Shown in pieces: positions 1-12,100 of a DNA stretch of 64,000 nucleotides; the first letter of the stretch is position 1, and each line of letters begins with the position of its first letter. The stretch is from Phoronis australis (lineage: Eukaryota > Animalia > Phoronida), in assembly GCA_002633005.1 (NCBI GenBank), contig NMRA01000115.1, positions 135,996-199,995 on the forward strand. Direction: 5' to 3'. A model generated the notes under the pieces. The model was not told where the DNA came from and searched no databases. It saw nothing but the letters and a program-made list of their open reading frames with translations. The position numbers and the translations under genes are program-made.

Positions 1-14
1 AGTGCTTATTTCAG

Positions 15-168
15 TATAACACAACACAGGAAATTGCCATTGGCTCATACAACTTTGGCAATCTTAACGACAGCAAGCCTGACATGAAGATGTGTGTTGC
101 CTACTTCAAGGAGGGCGAGATTAAAGCCTTTAAGCAGACGTACAAGTTCGACTCCTGCATGCTTGAAG
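15..168 (+). CDS. MCOLN: Mucolipin exon (luminal domain)
   Basis: tttcag|TAT...GAA G|gtgaat; YNTTQEIAIGSYNFGNLNDSKPDMKMCVAYFKEGEIKAFKQTYKFDSCMLE. Confidence 0.88.
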
Positions 169-3100
169 GTGAATTAAGTGACTAAGAAATTTAAAATTTG
201 TGTTTGGACCACAGGCACACAAATTTCCCAATGACTCATAGCCATCACAGTGAGTGTTGGTTGGATTGGTGTAAACATGGAATTAGTTTCAAGGGCCTCT
301 GGTTTAGTAAGTCACTGTTTTCTTCCTGGAAAACCGATCGTTACAGGAGAGTGCCACTCGATTTAATTAATTTTTGTTACTGTCTTAATTTGTCTAATAT
401 ATCCGCATCACCTGGTATACAATCGATCTCACCTCACTGAGAGGTGTCGCGTTAAGTGAGGTGAGTACACGACTCAGCGACGTTAGTGTTTCTTCAGGTG
501 AGTGTGTGCGACTATAGTGTGTCGTATCGTTCTGCTTGTGCGAACCATTAAGTCTGGCCACGATGGGCCTGATCGGGTTCCAAGCCACTGGGTTATGACG
601 ATCATTTTGTGTTCAGAACAGATGAAATTCGCAAGTCTAGAATTACAACACATGGTTATGCTTTCTCGTCTGTATTTCATGAAAGAATAATTCTAATTTG
701 TCACCGATCAGACTCCAAATTTCCCACGACCGACCTCGGTAAGTTGGCTTACCGAACTTTGTAAGCTACGTTGCGCTCAAAATTTCAACATCCAGGCAGT
801 GCATCAGCACAGTGTTGAGCACAAAGTGCTGATGCACTAGTGCATCAGCATTTTGAGCTGTTCTATGTCCAGTTATTTGATTTTTTTACATCAACACTCC
901 TAAATTGCAATTTTCAATGTTGTTGCAGATTGTTTTGACATTCGCACAGTCACAAATTCTTCAGGGGAGTTCTATGACATTGAAAAATTTCTGCAGGAGA
1001 CCAATAGGACGATAAATTTTGATGGGTATGTATATCGTGGATTTTTTTCTCTCCCAAATATGATAAAAAGTGATATGGGAAAACTGCATTACTTAATCAT
1101 CTTTCTTTCTCGATGCATCCTTGAAATTAACTTTAGTTAAATTTGTACCTGACTGTTATGGTTCACCACCGAAGTCTAAAGATCCAAGTGTTGCAAGGAT
1201 TTTTTAATTAGTGAAATTGGCACTGAATTAAATCACATTTGTTTGGCGAATTTTAAGCACCCACAAAACTTTTGGTGGCATAATGCCTTCATCTGTTTCT
1301 GGCATCCACTACTGTATCATCTAAATCCCTTGCAGGATCAATGAGAAATTTTCAATTAGCAGCTAGTGTGTTCTAAGACTGATGAAAGTGACACTGGATA
1401 ATGACGACTTTCACACGAGTCCGATTTTGCTATGTCTCCTATTAGGAATTTACGTTGCTTACTTCCTTAGTGGATTTTTAATATGAAATTTAGCAAGTAG
1501 GTTTCTGTTAAGGAGTTCACAATCTCATCTTATTTTTTGGAAAGATTCAACATATTTTATACTACCAGTGGCCAGTTTTGTTACTATCAAAGGATTTGGT
1601 AGATTTAGTCTTACTGCAATGAACCCTTTCTGATTTTGATTTGATGCTGGGTATGACTACTGTCACAGTGGCACCCTCTTGTGACAGTTTTGTATTTGGG
1701 GCTGTGTCTTAAGTCCTTTCCTGGATTGATGTGAAATTTGGTAATTGAAGTGTATTGAATGTGACAAAGTTTGATGACAACCTTTGGATGGACCTGACAA
1801 CCGTTGTGCCTCCTAGTACGTTTGCCTCTGTCAGTCTTGGTATTTCCGCGACAGATTTATAATATGTTAAGGAGACAGTCACCATGACACCTTATCTTTT
1901 TCTCACGAGTTTGACGGATTTCACGCCATCATCGAGTGATCTTTTTTACGATACTTTAAAAATGGTTTTAAAAGTCATAGTCACGGAAGTTTAGACAATT
2001 AATCATAATATGCCATCTGCATATTTCTGTTTCTGATTTATCAGTGGTATTGCGCTGACTGCCGTGGCAGTTTTTAGGGACATGTTGTGAGAGGCTTTAA
2101 TAGTTATTCTATTATTTTTTATGAATTTTGGAAACCAAAACAGGTGCTGCTCCAAACTCTAAATGTGGCCATGTGCTCTTAAAAGTGTGCTCACACCTGA
2201 AATCATGGCAGTCTGAAAATGCTACATTTTGAAAATTAACAGAATATACAAGTATATTGTACACTCCTGTTTCAAAACAAATGTCATACATTAAGCTGTG
2301 GTCATTCCTTTGACTTTCGTTATTATACTACAAATTGAGTGCAACCTCGGTGTATGAAGTGATGTTGTGCTTTATATGTTAAATCATATTGTTTACATTG
2401 ACACATTCTTTCAGGCTCGTCAACATCACGTTGAAGTTCCCCATCAAGACTGTGCACTTGAAGGGAAGTTCTGCCAATTCTCCAGACTGCTATCAGTTTG
2501 ATATCACTGTGCGTATTTTGCTGTACTTGTTTTGTATTTTGGCCATTGGCATATTATGCATTTGATCATTTCTGCACTCAAATTACCTCGATATGTATTG
2601 TTGCGAAACATTTTTAATTTGTTTAAAAGATAGAAAACTTCTACAGTCCTGAACTTGTCATGATAGGTTCTGAGGTCTCATTTCCAAGCCAGTATAGTGT
2701 CATATTTAAGGAACAGTACCTGTACATGAGAACACAGAAATTTATTGTATTCTAAAAGACTTTGTGTGGGGTTTTTCCCTCTCCATTCATTGCTAGTTTC
2801 CTCTGTCTAATGAATGAGGAACACATGTATTTCTAATCAGTTATTGTAATCATGTAATTTCAGATTCTGTTCGACAACTCTGGCTTGAATGGTCAAGTGC
2901 TGATATCTCTTCTTAACCGTGTTTACATCCTGGAGTGTAGTAAAAACAGCACACTCATTCATGAAAGTTAGTTGATTTGACTCTCTCTCTATCTCTGCCC
3001 TGTCAAGTTGATATTGGTATTTGAATTTGACAAATTAGTTTTCTTCTTACTGTGCATATTCTGTGCTAAATAAGTGAAGAACTGCCATAATCCAGGTGTT

Positions 3101-6100
3101 AACTTAAAGCCTATCTTCAAAAGAATTTTGTTGTAAATGTTTTAGATATATTTGGCTTACCAGGTAGTCCTAGCAAAGCCTTTTAGCAAAATAAGTTTAA
3201 TCATGCAAGTGTAGGCCTATCAAATGATAGGTGAATCTGCCTTTTCGTGACATATTGCATCACTGCGAGAACCCAGCTCAAACAGTTGTATTGAATAGGG
3301 GTCTGAATAGGGTATTATTTGCAGTTGTTTAAATTAAAAAGTGATTCTTGTAGTGACGTAAACAACAGCAAACCAATACGCCTATTAATAGTTTATTACA
3401 TTTGACAATTTATGGCACTAGTGGGTTCAGGGTGATGCTGTTAACATACTGTAGGAACCAAATTTACAGGTGTTACGGTAGGCATTATACATTTTACTGG
3501 CACCAGGGTCCAAACATGAACTCAAGCTTTGGGTAGCCTTGTATAGTGTGATTGGCTTTGCTACAGAACTGTAGACTGCAGAAAGCTTATAATCAACAGC
3601 CTCTCACTAATAACATATTGGCTGTGGGAACCATGTGTTGTCACAGCTGAATGGTCGGTTGGCAAGGTTGTTTCTGCACCAGACTTAAAACCCATGATGG
3701 TAAAACATTACTTAAAGGGGACACAAGGTGAAAAGTAACGTAAATACTGAGTGGCTTGTGAAACGTGCATTCACAGTGATTTTATGCCATGTTTTTCAGG
3801 TGATGACAAAGTTTCCAAAGTAGTAGTGACAGCATTTGATGTTTTTGTCATAGTCTGCAGTGCAGTGTCAACGCTATTGTGTCTACGGTCATTGTGGAAA
3901 GCACAAAGCTTAAAACGAGTAAACATTTATAGTGGATTCTTACTCACACACTTTATTTTAATTCATGATGATTGTCTGGTAGCTAATAGACTGATGTTGC
4001 AAGTTGAGAGTCATGCTCTAATGAGTTGATTCAGGCGCAAACAATATTTGATTTGTTACATGTCCATTAAAAGAAACAGTTGCAGGTTGTCCGATGCCTG
4101 ATATTGCATAAGGCATGTGCAAGCCATACAAATCTGTCCTATTGCACGCGACTATTGATTGAAAGTCACGAGAATCCTGTTTTATGTACATATGGGGAGT
4201 CTCAAATATGTTAACCAACTTAAGATTCTCTGAAACATGAGTACCAAAAATGGTTTTACTTTTTTCCATATTCAGGAATCCCAAAGTTACTTCTGCAAAA
4301 TGTAATGGTTACCAAGAAAATGCCACCCACAGTTGACTGTAATTGCAGAGAAATGACGGATGGATTTATTCAGTCTCTGCACAGCTGATTCTCTTGCACC
4401 CTTTGCACAGAATGAGCTCATCCTCTCAACTTAAACTGCATACTATGTTCATGTTGAACACAGTTCACTACTTGTACAAATTTGCGGCAATAGTCTGATA
4501 TAACGTGCCCGCATTTTGAGAACCAGTTTGATGCCCGTTATTTAGTGGGGAGAACTGGTTCTCAAAATTGGGGCACGTTCTATCAGACCATTACCCAAAT
4601 TTGCTATTAAGCTTGAAAACGGAGTGTTGTGTTCAAAGTAGAAATGGTTTTGCATGTTTGGAGCTCCCGTGCTTTTGCGTTTGGCCTGTTAAAATTGATT
4701 CTAAAACAAGGCATTGATTCCTAAACAGTAAATGCACAACAATAGTTTTTTGCAGTGCCACCAAAGTGTGCAAGTAGTGTATTACCACTGCAGATTTAAG
4801 TGTTTGATATATTGGCTTATTTCTTTTTTTAAATGCTCTGCAACTGCGCTGGAGCTGCACGACAAGTTGTGTTTGGTTTCAAAACTTGAAAATTTTATTT
4901 GTTCTCTGCAATAAAATTCAACTGTAGCTATTTTTCTAATTTCCACGCCATACAAATTCTGGGAATCTTGGCATATGAAACCATGTCCTAGTACTAGTAT
5001 TTTAGACGTAACTTTTTTCTTATGTTTTTTGGACACCCAGTATAGTTTGTCATCAACTACTTTAGAAGGGCATCGTGCTGTATGCCACATTCCTCTGCAT
5101 AATTATGCTTTGCATTTGATCCAAGTTATTGCTTACAAATAACGTACACCCTAATCAATGCTGTTGTCTGTTTGATGATCTCATGTGGCCCTCTGTCCCA
5201 CAAAGTAGAATCTAGTAATTCTCCAGAGCATATCTGGTCAGCTTGCTTCTCTTCTACTCCACAAAGTACAGTAAGGTGTGTCCACACCAGGATTGCTGTG
5301 TCAAGCACACGCACCACTAAATTTGCTTCGTCAGTGAATGCTAGCATACTGTTGGTAAGTCTTGTTTCATATGCTGCGAGCAGTTTTTTTTCACGGAACT
5401 CCAAAAATTGAATTTGAAAATGTGTAAGGAATGTCCAATAGATCACATAACGTCTGTCCCAATATTTCAGGAAACTGTCCGTTTCTTCCGTCTTCAACTT
5501 GGTAAGGAACTGTCTGTGTATGATCAGCTGGAGTTTCTTAATCTCTGGTATGTCCTCATTGTTGTCAATGATGCACTGACCATCACAGGCTCTGCCTTCA
5601 AGATAGCAATCGAATGGAGGGTAGGTATTGGTTGCTACCATTTTTCCTTTTCGTCACCAGTTTTTGGTTCCTTGAAGAGTCAACTGAGCTGAAGTTTGTG
5701 ATTGCCATCACAAGTGCCTAGTCCTAATATTTTTCGTGGTCTATAATGCCTGATTGGGTGACATGTTCAGTTCATTTACAGGACTGGTTCAGTCAAACCA
5801 TGATGCAGCATACCTGATTGATAACATTTTATTCATAAAATGATGCTCCATTCCTGAAGTCTTGAGGCATTGCAACCAATGTTTTAGAATTGTCCCGAAA
5901 GGGTTCATTGTAGTGTCATTTGACTGTTATAGATCACTATCTATCTGACTGGACATTTTACTTAATATAATTAGAATTCATTGCTGTCCCAAAGCAAGAG
6001 CGGGGATTCTAATTTACTTATTGTTTCAGCACATAGACAGTTACGAGCCCTGTAGCATCATGCTTGGCACTGGTAATCTACTGGTCTGGTTTGGTGTGCT

Positions 6101-9100
6101 TAGATATCTGGGCTTTTTTGAAAAATATAACGTAAGTACTCTATACAGTGTACACAGTTTGTTAATTATTCTTCTTTTAACTACAAACTTGAATTTTAAA
6201 TGTATGGCAGTTACCTTACTATTGTCTACAGATTTATGTAAAAATTAGCTGTGACATAATGTAGGCATATTGGAATCTTGATTGCAATTAAATTTTTTAT
6301 GACATTTCCTGTACAGTTAAAGCTGCAATTGCCCTTCCGTCAAAAATAACTTTCAAGTTAGACGACTAGGTGTTAACTTGTTCCTCGTTACTCAAATTAG
6401 GTCCGTGGTTTCTGACCTTGGAAAGAACTCGCAGTTCACTTTTGCTTGAGACCAAGCTCAACAAGTTGATTGGCCACAACAGGTTATGTGATTGGTCATG
6501 TGATGTGCTGAACATTGTCTTAAGCAGTAATGAATTGCTGATTCTTCTCCAGCCCAGAAACCACTTCTCATCTGAGTAAAGAACAAGTTGATACACATTG
6601 CACAGCAACAAGTTGATACACATTGCACAGCAACAAGTTGATACACATTGCACAGCAACAAGTTGATACACATTGCACAGCAACAAGTTGATACACATTG
6701 CACAGCAACAAGTTGATACACATTGCACAGCAACAAGTTGATACCCATTGCACAGCAACAAGTTGATACCCATTGCACAGCAACAAGTTGATACACATTG
6801 CACAGCAACAAGTTGATACCCATTGCACAGCAACAAGTTGATACCCATTGCACAGCAACAAGTTCACTCAATTATTTTCTAAATTAATGGAACTTGGGTT
6901 AATAGCAGGTGATTTAATCTTTTTGGTTCCATTAAACTACCTCATGTTAAAGTTGGACTTTGCTCTGTTTAACTTGCTAAAAAGTGAATATCGATAAACA
7001 CCTTTTACTCTAATCGGTCTTGGTAATATTCCTTCACGTAATAAGATTCCATTTCCATTACCAAACTGCATACATGTGCCATTCTCAAAGACACAATTTT
7101 GTGGCTGGCCATAAAGTCCGAAGTGTTATCTTGAGTCACTGAATGTTTCGATGTTCTTATTGGTAATGGAAGTAAAATCTTATACACCTGTAACTGTAAC
7201 ACATAATTAAGGGTTTAACTTAAGTTTGTTAACTACCTAACCAATGCAAAACCTGCAGGTTTATGTAGCAAGGGGTTTTTAAAAACGGCACTGCTTTGCT
7301 CCTTTAAGATTGACCTTGCATTCATTATACGTATTATTGGTAAACTCTCAACAGGTACTGGTATTGACAATGAAGAGGGCCACGCCAAACATATTGAGGT
7401 TCCTGGTGTGTGCTATGGTGCTTTATTTTGGCTTCACCTTCTGTGGCTGGGTGGTGCTGGGACCTTACCATGTTAAGGTAAACTCAGCTCTCTAATAGTT
7501 AGTCCAATGGGTGGAAGCATGGCAGCACCTGCACGTCTATGGTACTGCAGGGGTCAGTCAGCCTCACAGGGAAGTGAATGATTCAATTGCCATCCAGGCC
7601 TGTCTCTAAACATCAGTGTTTTGCCTGACAAATTACTTGTGAAGTACAGATGACTGAGCTGCGCTCAGTTTATTTCATTTAAAATGGCTATAAGCCTGCA
7701 TTCCATCCAAGAAGAGAAGTTTTGATTCAGATCACTTACGGCTATAACATTGTCCTCAACTGTCTTGTTCCTTCCTCCTGTGAGATGTGATTTCTTGATT
7801 TGTTACGATTTGATAGTTTGTTATTTCGTAACACCATGCTCTATGCATAAAGTGACACGCAGTGACAGCCAAGCCTGTTGTCAGCTTGTTTGAAGCTCCG
7901 AAATCGTCTCCAATTTGGGTAACGGAATGAGCCCAACTTCACAACGATGAATGGTCTAAATCAAATGATGATTTTTGGGACAGAAGGTGGGTTTATGGGT
8001 ACTTCAAATGAGCCTCATTTTTCAAAATACCTTAACGCAGTTTGGTTTGTGCATTTTGAAACACAGTAATCCTCATGTTACATTAGATTTTGATTTAGGT
8101 ATATTCAGAAGGCATCATCCTGTCCGTCTGGCTTGTCTCCGGTGTCCGTTGCTGTATCTCATTGATGTATGTGTATGAAATTTATGCATACATTTTCCTA
8201 TTGTGGAAGCGACAACACAAGCTTATTTGTGAACGAATCCAACTAAGTGTGCCTCCCAGTGGCAGTTTTAGTTTGTTTCATTTTTCTATGTAACTTCAGA
8301 GTTCCTCGTGGATTTTCATGAAATTTGGCAAATTGGTATCTATTAAGGAGATGACACCACCCTCCCGTTTTCATACAGGTTTGCCATTGTGGCATTTTTA
8401 CTAGTCTTTTTTTGGCGTATGCCTGTCTTGGCTGAAACCACTCTGAGAATTATTATGAAAATTATAATACGTCTTCCTACTGGGAAAAGTACAGCTGGTG
8501 ATTATTTTCGATTAGCTCAGACTACTGGCAGTGCTCCTAAACCCTGTGCAGGATTTTGATTTGTGGTAAATTTGACAATTGCTTTCTAATGATGCTGTTA
8601 ACGGAAGGCTAAGACTTCCAGGCAGATCCAAGTGCTGCTATGGCCCTAGTGATTTTTTTCTGTTTCCTTTGGTATCTTAGGAGTTCCTTGATAGATGTTC
8701 AAGAATCTATTAGTCAAATACAGTACTAGGTTTCTGTTTAAGAATAGATGAAACCTTCCTGTAACAGATGGTTTGACATGGTAGAAACCACATCAGGCCG
8801 TTAATTTTTGAGATGGTTGGAAGCATCCTCCTCTATTGGCCAAACCAGTCTAAGGATCTTTTTTCAATTGTTAAATTGATATATGCATTCCTGTGATGCC
8901 CCCTGGCTGCAGTTTTTTTGTGCCCACAAATGTTTTCCCCAAGCATTTTGCAATTTTTCTCAAGTTTGACAAGTATATTAATGTGTTAACAGTGTTGACA
9001 ACTTTCAAGCATATCTGACTAGCATTATGTCTCATATTGGTTTATATTAAAGACACTCCCATGGTGTCTGCTGTTGTATCTCCAAAATCACTGACAGGAT

Positions 9101-12100
9101 CTTACTGACATTTGATAATGTTTAGCTGTCAATATCGTTAGAGAATGTAATACTATTTAATTTGTGAAATTTAGCGAATAGGCTTCTAGTAAGGATATGA
9201 GGATGCCTTTCCCTTTTCGAACTGATTTGACGTATTCTGCTTATCCTGGTGGCCATTTTTTATTATTTTGAGTGTTTTGGTATGTGCCCCTTTATACGAG
9301 AGTATGACTGACGAGAGGATATCTTAAGGTTAATAGCATTCTTGTTCCTTTTGTGGGAATGTTAGACATGATGACCATCCGTTACATCTGCCTTGTGTGC
9401 GATGCACACAGTGGGTGCTTGTCACTGATCTCCATTGCTCTCGTCACAGAATTATTTTGCCAGAATGGAATGTGGAATTCTTTCTAGAGGTGCCAAGCAT
9501 GGTTCTAAAGGCCAGTATTTGGAGGGCACAGAGTTAACCCGCTGTGAAATCTTGTACTGTGTTTCAGACTTGCATTTTGTTAATGCTTTCAATGTTAACA
9601 TCATCTGGGACATTTTAGGTTTTCTGTGTTGACCATAAACCTTCCGTGTCTTGTAGTTTCGCTCCATCAGCTCTGCCTCTGAGTGTCTGTACTCATTGGT
9701 GAATGGCGATGACATGTATGTCACGTTCTCCGTCATCGGGTCCAACGCCAATACCGTAGTGTGGTACTATAGTCGTGCTTTCCTCTACATCTTCATCAGC
9801 CTCTTCATTTATGTGGTACTTAGTCTCTTCATAGCCGTCATCATGGACACTTACGAAACTATTAAGGTAGGTGGCACTGTTGCTTGCAGGTAGTTTTCAA
9901 AAATAGTGGATGCAGAAACTTCCCACTAATTTTCAAATGAATTGATTTCATGTTTTTTCCGCTTTCTGTGATGTGTGATTTTGACTCGAATTTGACTATA
10001 TTAGAGTCGAAATTCAGACAACTTATTTAACCTAAGGTTTGCATAGGGGACCTGCGTGACAGCTGTGGGTTTGCAGTAATTGTTTTGTACCACGACTGTA
10101 AAAGTCAATACAGCATTTTTTCTCATCAGTCCTATCACTGTCAGTACATTATTGTAATTTCAATCATTGAGAAGCCTTCATAGTTGCCAGTTGGCATGAT
10201 GGACCTACTACAGGTGAAAATTCAAGCCAAAACCCAAGTGAACTGAAGTGCAAGTTTCAATACCCCATTCCATGCCAACACAATAGAGAGCCATCTGGCT
10301 TGGGCTGCCAACAGTCAACAGGCACATATAGTTTTATGACATCATGGGGTTTCATAAAGGATTACAAACTAGGTGACCAAGGGGCCCCAAGCGGCTGAAA
10401 TCAATGGACTATTTTGTTCGAATTAGCAAACCCTATCAGACAGGTCAATTTTTACTTGGAGTGGGTTCCTCATAGGGAATTCTATGAAGCACAAATGGTT
10501 TTGAAAAGTCTATCAGAAGAATCAGTATCTCTATTTATGGTGAGGGAAAGTCTATCAAAAGATATTAGCTTTTTGATTAAGGATCACTGGTCCCTCATAG
10601 TGGCTTAGAATTTTGCTGACAGTTGGTAATGATGGGTGTTATTCACACACCTTTTGAAATTGATGAGCAAAGTCAGTGAAAGCAGTATCTTTGTTAACCC
10701 TACTTTTAATATACAACTGTCCCAGTTGGCCTCTGTAAGTATACATACATGTAGCTTGACGAAATGTTTATGGTCCTAGCCCTAAAGATAATTGTTTTAT
10801 TACACCCTGTGGACTCTGAATAGCCCCAGTCTGGATTGGTAACTAACTATAGGAAGTCTACCAACAGACTATTTGTAATCATAGCAATTAAGTCATCTGT
10901 CGTGACTGAAAGGTGAAAATGCCTCTCCATGACTGCTAACTCATTTGACACATAATCTGTTACTTAGCTCCTAAAAATCTGTATTTTGAAAATATGAAGT
11001 CAGTGTACAATTTCTTTCATTCTTTTGGAAATTTAAATTTCAATCGAAAGATTGTGTGATGCACCCCCAAACAGCAAATTTCTGCTTTAAGTCGTGCTTA
11101 ACTAAATAAGCAACTTTAAAAAATGAAGTCAGTTCATCACATTGATGTCAGCGTGGTAAATTTTTCTCCACTGAACTATGGCCATACGAGTCTCAATAAC
11201 TTGTCACAATTCCTGATCCATGCTGATGCTGTAGATACCAGTGTTCACTTCTGAAATGTCTGCGATGAAACATGGCCTGTTTTTTTAAATGTAATCCAGT
11301 TTCTTGGAATATTCCTCCGTGAAATTCCAATTTTAATCAATTGATTCAAAAGCATATTATTAAGATACCCCTTCATGCTATGCCCTGTAACCGTGTCTGT
11401 CATTCACAAACTAAGTGCAATTGACCAATCATGAAATAGAAAGCCAGGTAATGCAAATTATAGTATACAATCAATGGTACTGGAAATTTCTGTATGTAAG
11501 CCCACCTGATGAAATGCTCATAGGCATTTATTAGGTAAATTATCGGTGTCTTTTTGGTGTTTCTACTTCTGGTATCAAGTGTCCAAATGGTGGGGCGTTT
11601 ATTTGGAAAATTTCTTCTGAAGTCCACTCAGTGTCAACTTTTTGTCACAAATTCAGTTTTGTTGGGCATTTATCATTTATAAAAACAGAGCAGTGTTGGC
11701 AAATTGTGCATTTAGTAACATAAATTTTACCTGCAACAGATTTTTAAGTAAAAGTCAACAAAGATCGAAGATTTTCCATTCAAAAATCCCCATTTTTCGA
11801 GTAAACGCCCGGGCTTTATTTGTTGTTACTAAAACAGCTAAAAATTTCCATTTTCCGAATTCACACCCATGGGCTTATCTATTAAAAATTCCGGCACATG
11901 TACTCAAGATGCTTCATAGTGGTCAAATGTCATGCTGAAAATTCCATTTTAATAGTCACACCACATGTTCATCCGCCTCCTAGTAAGAGAAATTTCATCA
12001 ATGCAGGCTTAGCTAACCTCAATATTTGCTTTTTTGAAACCATTGCAGGTCTACCACGTTCTTGCCGGAATATTGGTTGCCCAAAGTAATTCAAAGTTGG

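Noticed and set aside
5126-5641. 171-aa minus-strand ORF
   Set aside because: A shadow ORF antisense to mucolipin exon 5471-5620 with no recognisable motif.
6366-6871. Three overlapping Cys-rich repetitive ORFs (MCINLLLCNVYQLVAVQCVSTCCCA...)
   Set aside because: They are translations of a 25-bp minisatellite that cycles through all three frames; intronic and antisense to mucolipin.
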